DNA from: an uncultured bacterium
GTDB taxonomy: Bacteria; Planctomycetota; UBA1135; GCA-002686595
Direction: 5' to 3'
DNA: 64,000 nt
Assembly (NCBI GenBank): GCA_943787795.1
Contig: CALSNU010000004.1
Coordinates: 352,001-416,000, forward strand
The translations under genes and the position numbers were made by a program. Under the pieces are notes generated by a model. The model saw nothing but the letters and a program-made list of their open reading frames with translations. It had not been told where the DNA came from and ran no database searches. Numbering within the stretch: the first letter of the stretch is position 1; each line of letters opens with the position of its first letter. Shown here one piece after another: positions 18,467-28,099 of this stretch.

Positions 18467-19474
18467 ATGAAGACGGACATCCTCAACGGCGCGCTGCTGA
18501 TCGCGACGCTCTCCGTTTCCATGTGGGCGGCGACCCTCCCAGGCAGCGCACGGACCGTCGTCCCGATGAATGGCGGGGCGGCTGACGCGCCCGACATCGA
18601 AGCGACCGAGGTGGTGGACGCCCGCGGGGTCGCCGTCCCCATCGCAAACTACCAGCGGATCGTCTCGCTCAGCACGATCTCCGACCACGTGCTGCTCGAA
18701 CTCGTCGAGCCCGAGCGAGTCGTCGCCATCACGGAGTACACCTCACGTCACCCGGTCGCGTGGCGCTTCGGCGACCGCCCCACGATCTCGAGTTCAGGCG
18801 CGCTGGAGTCGGTCCTTTCCCTCCGGCCGGACCTCGTGACCGTGACCCTGTATGCCGACGAGGCCTACCTCGCCCGCCTGCGTGAGAACGGGGTCCAGGT
18901 GTTCGACCTCGGAGACATGCGCGGCGTCGGGACGACGCGCGCCAGTATCCGCGCGCTCGGGGCCCTCCTCGACGTCCGCGACCGCGCCGCGGCGCTGGAG
19001 CGAAGCTACGACCGCGAGCTGGCGGCGCTGGATGCGATGGTCCCCGACGACGAGCTCGTCCCCGGCATCTACCTGTCGGTCTACGGCGACACGTTCTTCG
19101 GCGCCACGGCGAACACAAGCTACGCAGACACCCTTCACCTCGGCGGGGTCCGGGACATGGCCGCCGAGCGCGGCTTCGAGGACTGGCCTCAGTACACGGC
19201 CGAGCAGCTCCTCGCGCTGGACCCGCCGCTCATCGTCACGCTCGAGGGGATGGGCAGCGTCATCCGCAGCCACGCGCTCCTCTCCACGCTCAAGGCCTGC
19301 GGCTCCAAGGGCCGGATCGTCGAGATCGACGGTGCCTTCAACGGAGACGCGGGGCTTGGGATCGTCGAGGCGGCCCACCAGGTTCTCTCCCGAGTCCACC
19401 CTGCGCGGGTCTCGCCTCCAGGCACGAACACGGCGGCCCCGACCGGGGCTGCTCCAGCCAAGGACGGCCGCTGA
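18467..19474 (+). CDS. btuF: ABC substrate-binding protein (BtuF / class III helical-backbone)
   Basis: VVDARG....YQRIVSL, ESVLSLRPDLV, EQLLALDPPLIV; N-terminal hydrophobic anchor or signal. Confidence 0.8.
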   Translation: MKTDILNGALLIATLSVSMWAATLPGSARTVVPMNGGAADAPDIEATEVVDARGVAVPIANYQRIVSLSTISDHVLLELVEPERVVAITEYTSRHPVAWRFGDRPTISSSGALESVLSLRPDLVTVTLYADEAYLARLRENGVQVFDLGDMRGVGTTRASIRALGALLDVRDRAAALERSYDRELAALDAMVPDDELVPGIYLSVYGDTFFGATANTSYADTLHLGGVRDMAAERGFEDWPQYTAEQLLALDPPLIVTLEGMGSVIRSHALLSTLKACGSKGRIVEIDGAFNGDAGLGIVEAAHQVLSRVHPARVSPPGTNTAAPTGAAPAKDGR

Positions 19475-19545
19475 CTCACGGAACAAGACTAGACACTCTC
19501 CTCCGCTGCCTCAGCTTTCCGGGGCAGCTCAACCCACTGATACCA

Positions 19546-20874
19546 ATGAAGACCTTCTCGACTCTCGTCGCCGCAGCCCTTGTGGGAACGGCTCTCACCT
19601 CCACGACCCAGGCCCAGGTCGTTGCCAACGCCGGATATTCGGTCGCTGGTTCGATCGACCTGTCCCCCTACTGCGGGACGTTTCCCGCAGTTCACGTCTT
19701 CACCGACGGCTCCGTCCTGATCTTCGACGGCTCGAACACGTCACACCGCTCCGCGGACGGGACCATCCTCCGCGACTATGGCACGCGGCCCTCCTCGGTC
19801 TTCGCCAGCTTCGTGCGGGTGAACGAGGCGGACAGGCTCGCGTACATCGGAGAGTCCTCGTTCGGCACGATCTCGGAGCTCGACCTCGACACGGGGACCT
19901 CGCGCATCCTGAACACCCTCGTGTTCAACTTCGATCTCGCCTTCGACGTTGTCCCCGGGCTCGCTTACGTCACCGGCTCACCTGGCGGATTCGGGGCGAA
20001 CGCTCTGTACCGACTCGACCTGGTAAGCGGCGACCTGTCCCAGGTGGCCCAGCTGGATGGGTTCTCAGGGCCCGTGGAGGTGGACTCGCTCGGCAACGTC
20101 GTGGTGTCCGTCGACCCTGGCCTCTTCCCCATCCCCGCGGACTCGGTCAAGCTCGTCCGATTCGACAGCGTTGAGGTCACGCTCGGCACCGTGCTGACCG
20201 ACGAGGCCGACGGTGAGGACTTCTCCGTCGCCTACGACGGGATCTCCTCCATGGACTACGACGCCCAAACGGACCGCTATTCGGTGATCGAGGTCAACTC
20301 AGGGCCCACGGCCTCCACGAGCTACGCGTGGAGCGTGAACAGCCTGGGCGACCGCGTCGACCTGGTGGCTAGCGTCCCCGGCTTCGCCGGGGGCGCCCAG
20401 CTAGTCCAGTCCGGCCTCGGCACCGCCTTCGCTGGGTACCAGCCGGAGTACAGCTCGCTTCGGATCTCCTACTCCCAGTGCTTTGGCAACGGTTCGGCGG
20501 ACATTTTCAACGTCGTTCCCCAGCAGGCGACGGCGGTCTTCTCGGGCCCCGGCCCGATGATGACCGGGCCTGCCTTCATCGACGTCGAAGGTGGGGTCCC
20601 GAACGGCTTCGCCTCCCTCTGGGTCGCGCGCTCGTCGGCCTGGGAATCGATCCCGCTGATCGATGACATCGGCGGACTCTACCCCGTCGCGCTGCAGGCC
20701 TCTTCAGCCGCCTTCGGACGCCGCTTCTCGCCCATCCTGCTCAACAGCAGCGGCGCCGGGGGTCTTCTCTTCACCCAGACACCTGCGATCGAAGGAGGCT
20801 TCTTGTTCCAGTGGATCATCCAGGACACCTCGCTTCAGGTCATCTCAACGTCCACAGCGACGATCAACCAGTAG
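19546..20874 (+). CDS. Secreted beta-propeller-like protein with C-terminal Ig-like domain
   Basis: Sec signal ending TQA; blade-like repeats (LAYIGE, LAYVTG, VDSLGNVVV); last gene before a terminator in the riboswitch operon. Confidence 0.7.
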   Translation: MKTFSTLVAAALVGTALTSTTQAQVVANAGYSVAGSIDLSPYCGTFPAVHVFTDGSVLIFDGSNTSHRSADGTILRDYGTRPSSVFASFVRVNEADRLAYIGESSFGTISELDLDTGTSRILNTLVFNFDLAFDVVPGLAYVTGSPGGFGANALYRLDLVSGDLSQVAQLDGFSGPVEVDSLGNVVVSVDPGLFPIPADSVKLVRFDSVEVTLGTVLTDEADGEDFSVAYDGISSMDYDAQTDRYSVIEVNSGPTASTSYAWSVNSLGDRVDLVASVPGFAGGAQLVQSGLGTAFAGYQPEYSSLRISYSQCFGNGSADIFNVVPQQATAVFSGPGPMMTGPAFIDVEGGVPNGFASLWVARSSAWESIPLIDDIGGLYPVALQASSAAFGRRFSPILLNSSGAGGLLFTQTPAIEGGFLFQWIIQDTSLQVISTSTATINQ

Positions 20875-20904
20875 CAGGACAGCGTCTGAAGCGCCACAAC
20901 GGCG

Positions 20905-20953
20905 CGAGACGACCCGTGCTGACCTCCCGGGCCAGCACGGGTCGTTCTCGTTT
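20905..20953 (+). terminator. Putative intrinsic terminator / hairpin closing the B12 operon
   Basis: CGAGACGACCCGTGCTG ... CAGCACGGGTCGTTCTCG inverted repeat followed by TTT (short U-tract). Confidence 0.6.
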
Positions 20954-21061
20954 GCAGTCCAGACCCGCCGGTCACTTATAGTCCGATAGGTTGCCCGACC
21001 CTCAACGAGCCAGGATGGCCCTCGTTGAACGGCCTCACTCCCATCCTGCCGAGACACAAGC

Positions 21062-24000
21062 ATGGCGCTCCCCCGACTGATGGCCCTCGCGGCCGTCGCC
21101 CTTGCCCTCACTCCGGCCGTCACGGCGCAGGTCAGGGAGGACCACTACTTCGAGCTTCAGTTCTCCACCAAGGACGGCCTCCCATCGAACTCGATCCGCG
21201 CCCTGGAGTTTGATGCCGACGGCCAGCTCTGGATCGGGACCCTCGCCGGACTGACCATGTTTGACGGGAACGTGTTCACGGACATTCCCGTCACGAACGG
21301 AGGTCCGTCCCTTGCACATCGGATCACCGCGCTCCAATTCGATGCAAACGGCGAACTCCTGATCGGTTCGATGAGCGGCGACTTGCTCCGATACTCGAAT
21401 GGGGCCTTCGAGCGGCTCCTCCCCGGCGGCTCGGGTGCTATTCGCCAGATCAGAGTTCGCTCGGACGGATCAATTGTGACGGCAGGCACCGACCTGCTGG
21501 TCCTGCGGGGCGGGAAGGTGGAGACGCTCGCCTCGTCCAGCAGTAAGCAGCAGGCCACGGGGCTCGAGGAGCACGAGGGCGTCCTGTACGCCGCCGGCCC
21601 TTGGGGCCTCTGGAGGATGAGCGGGGACGATCACGTTCTGCTGGACGAGGGCGAGTATCACTCGCTGTTCTTTGCTCCGGATGGGGACCTCTACTCCGGC
21701 AAGCGCGGCCTGGCCGCCCCCGTCAGAGCCCCGAGCGAGGCCATTGAACTGGACCTCCCGGTCGTCTACGCCTCGAAGAAGGTCAGCGACAAGATGACGA
21801 TGCTCGCGTGCGAGAAGTCGACCCAACTCCTCTTCGCCACGCCGGGCGCGCCGGGCCGCTTCCAACTGCTCGCCGACAAGACAGCGAGAAGGCCGCGGGC
21901 GATCGCGGTCCGAGGGAGCGGGTCATGGATCGGTTCGGATCGCGACGGCCTGCTCTATATCGAACGGACACCTGCATTCCAGTTTGTCAATCGAGCGGGA
22001 GAGCCCTACGTCTATGCGCGCAGCGTCATCGAGCTAGGGCCCGACTCGGCCATCATCCAGCCCCAGAATGGACCGGCTGCACTCTACTCCCAACCCTCTG
22101 CCCAGGCCTTCGGCACCATGGCGGAGATCCCGTTCACAGGCATGGCACCGAAGCGCATCTTCGACTGCACGCGCCTGCGAGACGGGACGGCCTGGATGGC
22201 CTCGCCGGCCGGCGTCCTCCGGTACGAGGGGGGGGCGATCCGTCCAACGCGGTGCGCCACCGGTCCAGTCCGCGCCATCGTCGAGACCCTTGAGGGTGAG
22301 GTCTGGGCCACGGAACCGGGGAGCTTCTTCCGCGTGCTCCCTGACGGAGAGCGTGGCCGTTCCCTGCCTGGACCCTCGGAGGCCCCCACCGTCGTCGCGG
22401 GCAGCCAGGGGGGCATCTTCTACGTCGGGGCCGAGGGCATCTATCACATCAACACGACGGCTGAGGGCGGCCCCATCGAACGAGTCCTCGAACTCAGCGG
22501 GGCTGTGGAGCCTCGCCAACTGAAGATCGGGCCCCGAGGAGACCTCTGGCTGACCACTTACGGCGACGGGCTCTTCAACATCCGCGACCGTGAAGTGAGA
22601 CAGTTCACGGCCGCCTCGGGCCTGAACTGCAATTACCTCGGGTGGATTGACTTCCTCGAGGTCGAGGATATCGACCGCACCTCGATCCTCCTGAACTCGA
22701 ACAGGGGCCTGATCTCCGTTGCCCTCGATGAGTTCGAGGATGAGTCGACCACCTGGTTGGACTCCCTTCAGGTGCTATCCGCCGAGGAGAGCGAGGGCCC
22801 CACCGGCGCCCGACTCGCGTGCGGCACCATTCTGCTCCCGACGCTGGGTGGCCTCTTCGGCTACAGCCTCTACCAGCCGAGCAGCGCAAAGCAGGCGCCA
22901 CGGCCAATGATCGATGCCGTCGTCGTGAACGGCAAGGACCGAGACACCCCCACCGGCGTGCAAGTCACCGAGGTGTTTGGCAAAGCAGATGTCGACATTG
23001 GCTTCACCGCCATCGCGCTGCCCAGCACCGCGGAAGCCACGTTCTCCTACCGCCTGCTGAACACACGCGAGGCAGATGGCTCAGACGTCGCGTGGGTCGA
23101 CAGTTTCTCGGCCAGGTCCGTGCAGTACTTCAACCTGCCCCCAGGCGACTACTCCTTCCAGGTACGGTCGAGATTCCCCGGCACCAACTGGTCAGCCCCG
23201 GAGACGATCAAGGTGGCGAGCGTTCTCCCGTACCTCTACCAGCGCCCTGAGGCCCAGATCGCGCTCCTCCTAGGTCTCTTGATGATGACCGTCTACAGCT
23301 TCGCTCGCTTCCTGCGCGCTGAGGGGACCTCTCAAAAGCTCTCATCACAGGTCGAGCAGACCAAGACACTCGCGGCCCAGGCTGCGCTACGGGAGGACCG
23401 CTACGCTCGGCTTCTGGACTCCTCCCATGACGGAATCGTGCTGATCGAACTCGACGAGCAGATCTCGTTCGCGAACGACGCGGTGACCCGCAGCTTCGGA
23501 TTCGATCGAGCGGAGCTGCTGAAGAAGGACGCCTCATGGCTCGGCATCACGGACACCAAGTCCATCCTCGCAGCCGCCGAGGGAAGTGGGTCTGCCCCCT
23601 TGTTCTCACGCAACGTCCAGGTCACCGACAAGTTCGGCATCCCCCATGAGGCGGACATCATCGCCGCGCGGACCGAGCTCGATGGGAAGGGCTGCCTCCT
23701 CGTGGTCATCCGAGATCTCACCGCGGACAACCTGCTGCTCGACCGCCTGAACACCAGCGAGCGGCGCTTCCAGGCGCTCTTCCAGGGGGCACCTGCCGCC
23801 CTCATCACCTTCGCTCCCGACCTCCGGATCATTGATTGGAACCGGCGCGCTGAAGCGCTGCTCGGCCCGATCGAAGGGGTTGACGCCCAGCTCTCCAGCG
23901 CCTTTGAGTTTGGCCCCGCCCAGCTGAGCTTCGTGGACCAGGTTCATCGGACCACCGAGGCGCGGTCTGAGACCCAGGCGATTCACATGACGAGGGGTCC

Positions 24001-24799
24001 AGCCGGTGAGTCGCTCCGGGTCGCCTGGACCATCTCCCCCCTCACCACGGTACAGGGTGAGGTGACGGTCCTGATGGCTGTCGCCAAGGACCTACGCGAA
24101 GAGGAGCAGGCGCAGGCTCGCCTCGTCGACCTTCAACGCCGGCTCGCCAAGGCCCAGGAGTCAGAGCGGAGCCGGATCGCGCGCGAGATCCACGACGACC
24201 TCTCCCAGCGCCTCGCCGCAACCACCATGAACGCGGCGACGATCCGCGCCCGCCTGCCCAGGACGGACGATGAGGAGGTGCCGCTGATGCTCGACGGCCT
24301 CCACGATGACCTCGACCGCCTGACCACTGACATTCACGCCCTCTCCCGCCAGCTCCACCCGACCGTCCTGGATGACCTGGGGCTCGTACGGGCCATCGAC
24401 TCCGAGTGCGTGCGCCAGAACAGTCTCACCCAGGCCAACATCCTCTTTGATGGCCCGGGCGTGAAGCTCGAGCTCCCCTCGGACGTTGGCTTGACCTACT
24501 TCCGAATCGCCCAGGAGTCGATTCGGAACGCCATCAAGCACGGGAGCCCAGAGTCCATCAACGTGGGGCTCGAGCTTGCCGATCATCACCTCCGCCTCTC
24601 GGTCCACGACGACGGAGTGGGGTTCGAGCTCATCAACGATCGCCCAGAAGCCCACTCGGGGCTCGGGCTCATCAGCATGGGAGAGCGCGCTCGACTCATC
24701 GGGGCCAACTTCTCCATGGACAGCACGCCAGGCGAGGGCACCGAGGTCGTGGTGGAGCTCATGCTCGAGGACGACCAGGCCTTCAGAGCCACCCCCTGA
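21062..24799 (+). CDS. Large sensor histidine kinase (periplasmic propeller/Y_Y_Y, TM, 2 PAS, HisKA_3, HATPase)
   Basis: DGLPSNSIRAL...LWIGTLAGL propeller, YFNLPPGDYSFQVR Y_Y_Y, ERSRIAREIHDDLSQ H-box, QESIRNAIKH, DDGVGF, GLGLISMGERA. Confidence 0.9.
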   Translation: MALPRLMALAAVALALTPAVTAQVREDHYFELQFSTKDGLPSNSIRALEFDADGQLWIGTLAGLTMFDGNVFTDIPVTNGGPSLAHRITALQFDANGELLIGSMSGDLLRYSNGAFERLLPGGSGAIRQIRVRSDGSIVTAGTDLLVLRGGKVETLASSSSKQQATGLEEHEGVLYAAGPWGLWRMSGDDHVLLDEGEYHSLFFAPDGDLYSGKRGLAAPVRAPSEAIELDLPVVYASKKVSDKMTMLACEKSTQLLFATPGAPGRFQLLADKTARRPRAIAVRGSGSWIGSDRDGLLYIERTPAFQFVNRAGEPYVYARSVIELGPDSAIIQPQNGPAALYSQPSAQAFGTMAEIPFTGMAPKRIFDCTRLRDGTAWMASPAGVLRYEGGAIRPTRCATGPVRAIVETLEGEVWATEPGSFFRVLPDGERGRSLPGPSEAPTVVAGSQGGIFYVGAEGIYHINTTAEGGPIERVLELSGAVEPRQLKIGPRGDLWLTTYGDGLFNIRDREVRQFTAASGLNCNYLGWIDFLEVEDIDRTSILLNSNRGLISVALDEFEDESTTWLDSLQVLSAEESEGPTGARLACGTILLPTLGGLFGYSLYQPSSAKQAPRPMIDAVVVNGKDRDTPTGVQVTEVFGKADVDIGFTAIALPSTAEATFSYRLLNTREADGSDVAWVDSFSARSVQYFNLPPGDYSFQVRSRFPGTNWSAPETIKVASVLPYLYQRPEAQIALLLGLLMMTVYSFARFLRAEGTSQKLSSQVEQTKTLAAQAALREDRYARLLDSSHDGIVLIELDEQISFANDAVTRSFGFDRAELLKKDASWLGITDTKSILAAAEGSGSAPLFSRNVQVTDKFGIPHEADIIAARTELDGKGCLLVVIRDLTADNLLLDRLNTSERRFQALFQGAPAALITFAPDLRIIDWNRRAEALLGPIEGVDAQLSSAFEFGPAQLSFVDQVHRTTEARSETQAIHMTRGPAGESLRVAWTISPLTTVQGEVTVLMAVAKDLREEEQAQARLVDLQRRLAKAQESERSRIAREIHDDLSQRLAATTMNAATIRARLPRTDDEEVPLMLDGLHDDLDRLTTDIHALSRQLHPTVLDDLGLVRAIDSECVRQNSLTQANILFDGPGVKLELPSDVGLTYFRIAQESIRNAIKHGSPESINVGLELADHHLRLSVHDDGVGFELINDRPEAHSGLGLISMGERARLIGANFSMDSTPGEGTEVVVELMLEDDQAFRATP

Positions 24800-25713
24800 T
24801 GCCCGGAACGGAGCTGCTTCGCCGCCGACTCTCCGGCCCAGAGCCTCTCATCCTGGACGGCGCGACCGCGACAGGGCTGTGCGCGATCCGGCCGGAGGTG
24901 CACCCCGGAGGCGGGCTTGAGCGGCTGAGTCTCGACCAGCCTGACGCCGTGGTCGAGCTGTACACCGAATTCCTGAGCGCCGGGGCCCAGGTCCTGCGGA
25001 CGAACACGTTCTGCGCGAGCGAGCGCGAGCTGAGACGGCTCGGCCTCACCCATCAGGCAGAAGATCTCTCGCGTCGAGCCGCTGAGCTGGCTCGCGAGGC
25101 AGCCGACCGCTGCGACCTCGACCCGCTCTGCCTGGGGGTCATCGGACCAGGTACGACCTCGGCCCATGAGGGCGGCGAAGCGGGCACCGACCCGGGCCGA
25201 ATCCGAGGGCTCCTGGATGGAGGGGTGGACGGGATCCTCGCAGAGACGCTGCCCTCTCTCCGCGTCGCCCGGCGCATCGCCGACGCGGTCCGGCAGGTCA
25301 GCCGGGAGGTCAGCCGGGAGGTGCCGTTCCTGGCCAGCTTCAGCCTCACGGCGGACGGCGAGCTGCCGGGGGGCGGCGACGCCGGAGACCTCGCCCGCCT
25401 GGCCGAGGAGCTGGACCTGGATTTGCTGGGACTCAACTGCGCCTTTGGGCCCGAGCCCATGGACGCTCCCCTCGCCGCGGTACGCGCCGCCTGGCGAGGG
25501 CCGCTCGGCGCCTGGCCGAACGCCGGGCTACCCGACACCTCCGGGGATCACCCGGTCTGGCCCATTGACCCAGACGCCCTCGCCGCGTGGTGCAGCCGCG
25601 CGGCCAGGTCCCACGACCTGCGGGTGGTCGGAGGCTGCTGTGGCACCTCGGCGGCGCACGTCGCGGCCATCGCCCACGCCCTCGGTCAGTCCGGCGGCGC
25701 GACCTGCCCCTGA
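24799..25713 (+). CDS. Homocysteine S-methyltransferase family protein (stand-alone Hcy-binding domain)
   Basis: LILDGA.AT, TNTF, GLNC and GGCCGT Zn ligands, WPNAGLP. 1-nt TGATG overlap with the kinase. Confidence 0.85.
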   Translation: MPGTELLRRRLSGPEPLILDGATATGLCAIRPEVHPGGGLERLSLDQPDAVVELYTEFLSAGAQVLRTNTFCASERELRRLGLTHQAEDLSRRAAELAREAADRCDLDPLCLGVIGPGTTSAHEGGEAGTDPGRIRGLLDGGVDGILAETLPSLRVARRIADAVRQVSREVSREVPFLASFSLTADGELPGGGDAGDLARLAEELDLDLLGLNCAFGPEPMDAPLAAVRAAWRGPLGAWPNAGLPDTSGDHPVWPIDPDALAAWCSRAARSHDLRVVGGCCGTSAAHVAAIAHALGQSGGATCP

Positions 25714-26591
25714 TCGGAAGCTGAGATCCCTGCGCCGACGAGGAGCAGCGCCGCCCCGAGCACCTCCTCGAGGCCGAAGGACTGACCGAGCGCGACCCAG
25801 GCCAGCGCCGCGGCCCCCGCAGGCTCGAGCAGCACCGTCAGCGAGACCACGTGCACGGGCAAGGACCTCGCCGCCCAGTTCATGGATCCGTGCCCGATCA
25901 GCCCCGGGCCAAGGCCGAGCCAGAGGATCGCGATCACCTCGACCCCACCGGCCTCCGGAACCCAGACCTCTCCGCCGCTGAGCAGGACCCATCCGCCAAT
26001 CGTCAGGGCTGCGACCCCGTTGACCCAGGCCAGCAACGTCGGGAGGGGCAGCGCGTGCCCGACGCCCCGGTTCACCACGAGGTAAGCCGCGCTGCAGGCC
26101 CCCGCGAGGACCGCGAGACCGTCCCCTAGCAGCGTCGCGGTCCCTGCATCCGATCCCGTCAGGATGGCCGTCCCGAACAACGCTACCGCCACGCCGAAGG
26201 CCAGGCGCCAGGAGACTCGATCACCAAGGAAGAGACCGAAGAGGCCGGCGAAGAGCGTCTGCAACCCCACCAAGACCGCCCCGTGGGCGACGGAGGTGAG
26301 CGTCAGGCTGAGGATCCACAGGGAAAAATGCGCGCCGAGGAGCGCGCCGGAGATCCAAATCCGCCGCCGGGTCGCCCTGTCGACCTGCGCCAACAGGAGC
26401 CCGGCTCCGCGCAGGCGGGCAATCAACGCCCAGGCGAGAGCCGTGATCGCAACCCTCGACGCCGCCACGGTCGCGGGCGGCGCCGGCGCGGCGATCACGA
26501 TCACGACCGCGGCGCTGGAGAAGAGGAGCCAGCTGACCAGGAGGCTCAAGCCGAGCCGGCGGCGACGTTGTGAGGAGGGGGTCAAGGGCAC
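25686..26591 (-). CDS. DMT/EamA family transporter
   Basis: About 10 hydrophobic helices, GALLGAHF..WI.SL..TSVA, GDGLA, LLEP. Confidence 0.85.
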   Translation of the reverse strand: MPLTPSSQRRRRLGLSLLVSWLLFSSAAVVIVIAAPAPPATVAASRVAITALAWALIARLRGAGLLLAQVDRATRRRIWISGALLGAHFSLWILSLTLTSVAHGAVLVGLQTLFAGLFGLFLGDRVSWRLAFGVAVALFGTAILTGSDAGTATLLGDGLAVLAGACSAAYLVVNRGVGHALPLPTLLAWVNGVAALTIGGWVLLSGGEVWVPEAGGVEVIAILWLGLGPGLIGHGSMNWAARSLPVHVVSLTVLLEPAGAAALAWVALGQSFGLEEVLGAALLLVGAGISASDQGQVAPPD

Positions 26592-26618
26592 CTCGCCGCG
26601 ACCCAGCCAGGAAGGCTC

Positions 26619-26700
26619 GCCCGCCCAGCGGCCGAACCGGTGGCCCGCCCAGCGGCTGATCCAGCGACTGATCCAGCCCCTGGATCGGCGACTGACCCGC
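26619..26700. repeat. Degenerate 12-bp-period tandem repeat, intergenic
   Basis: CCCAGCGG / CAGCGGCTGATC / CAGCGACTGATC-type units between the EamA and rhomboid genes. Confidence 0.6.
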
Positions 26701-26756
26701 TCACCTGTGCAAGAGCCGCCCCTTGGCGCTCCTGATCCTCCAACCGCGAGTTCATC

Positions 26757-27902
26757 TCATCGCCTCCCGCTCGAGCGCTCGATGAAGTCGATTCCCTCGC
26801 GTGCGATAGCCGCGGCCTCGCTCTGTGGCTCGAGATCGATGACGTCGAGGAAGTGCTGGTAGGCGGACGTGGGGCGCTCGAGGTTGCGGAGCTGCACGAG
26901 CCCAGCGCCGAGGTGTGCGTCGGCCGCCAGGACGCCGCTCGGGTGGCTCGCGAGCACTCGCCTGAAGGCCGAGAGCGCGGCGCGCGCATTGCCCTCCTCG
27001 GAGAGCCATCGACCGAGGACCAGCACCTCTCGCGGCGACTCTCGGTCGAGGATGTGGTCCGACGTCGCGAAGTAGGTGTCTGCTGCGTCACTCAACCGAC
27101 CTGAGGCGACGAGGTCCGCGAACGACGGTCGCCGCGCCGCCGCGGGCCGGTGCCCCCTCGCCTCTCGGAACTCCCGCGGACGCGACTCGCGCTCCCGGCG
27201 GTCAACGAGGAACGCGGCGCCGAGCCCCGCGAAGAACCCGCCGATGTGGGCCCCGTACGCCACCCCGGACGGGCCGGCGTTTCCCTGCGCCAGCGCCGGG
27301 AGGATGTTGCTCAGGATGATGTAGCCCCCGAGCACCACCCTGGCCGGAACCCGAATCACCTGGATGAAGACGAAGAAGAGCACGAAGACGTTCACCACGT
27401 TCCTCGGGAAGAGGAGGAAGTAGAACCCCATCACCCCGGAGATCGCACCGCTGGCCCCGACGAGCGGGATGTCTGATCCGCGTGACATCGCCGCGAAGAA
27501 CAGCGTCGCCGCGGCGCCGGTCCCCAGGTAGGCCGCCAGGTAACCGAGGCGACCGAGCCGGTGCTCGACGTTGTCGCCGAAGATCCACAGGAACAACATG
27601 TTCCCCGCGAGGTGGAGCAGGCCGCCATGCAAGAACATGGAGGTGAAGAGGGTCAAGAGCGACGCGTGCGCCGGCCTGAACCCGTACTCGAAGACGAGCA
27701 CGTCGTAGTTGGACAGCCCCGGCGCGAGCACGCTGCGTCCAGCCTCCCGCATGTACTCCTGGACGAGCGGGTGCGAGGGGTCTGCCGCGCCGTGGAGCGC
27801 CGCCGTCGCGAGGAGATAGACCGCCACGTTGAGCCCGATCAGGGCCCAGGTGACCAGGGGCCGACCGGGCGGGTTAGGCGCGTCGCTGATGGGCAGGAAC
27901 AA
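26757..27902 (-). CDS. Rhomboid intramembrane serine protease with C-terminal TPR
   Basis: SMFLHGG..HLAGNMLFLWIFGDNVE, GASGAI (Ser), AHIGGF (His), TPR-like C-terminal tail. Confidence 0.9.
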   Translation of the reverse strand: MFLPISDAPNPPGRPLVTWALIGLNVAVYLLATAALHGAADPSHPLVQEYMREAGRSVLAPGLSNYDVLVFEYGFRPAHASLLTLFTSMFLHGGLLHLAGNMLFLWIFGDNVEHRLGRLGYLAAYLGTGAAATLFFAAMSRGSDIPLVGASGAISGVMGFYFLLFPRNVVNVFVLFFVFIQVIRVPARVVLGGYIILSNILPALAQGNAGPSGVAYGAHIGGFFAGLGAAFLVDRRERESRPREFREARGHRPAAARRPSFADLVASGRLSDAADTYFATSDHILDRESPREVLVLGRWLSEEGNARAALSAFRRVLASHPSGVLAADAHLGAGLVQLRNLERPTSAYQHFLDVIDLEPQSEAAAIAREGIDFIERSSGRR

Positions 27903-28099
27903 TGGTCTCTCCAGGCTCTGGTGCGCCGCTGTTGCGCCGCATGAGCCGCGCGATCATAGGGCCCTGACACCCGCCTGCAGAGCCCCTCCGTCCCACCAAT
28001 GGAGCGGCCCCGCTCCGCCAGGTGGCGCGAGCGGGGCCGCGGGTCCAGGGGGGAGCATCCCACCTGGAGGCCAGGGTCCTCCATCGAGGACCCCTTGGC

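Noticed and set aside
20952..20982. Sigma70 promoter for the large kinase (TTGCAG...TATAGT)
   Set aside because: The spacer is 19 bp and the -35 abuts the upstream hairpin; too weak to call.
21062..24799. Horizontally acquired island (slightly more A/T-ending codons by eye)
   Set aside because: No mobility genes or flanking direct repeats seen, and I could not quantify the composition shift.
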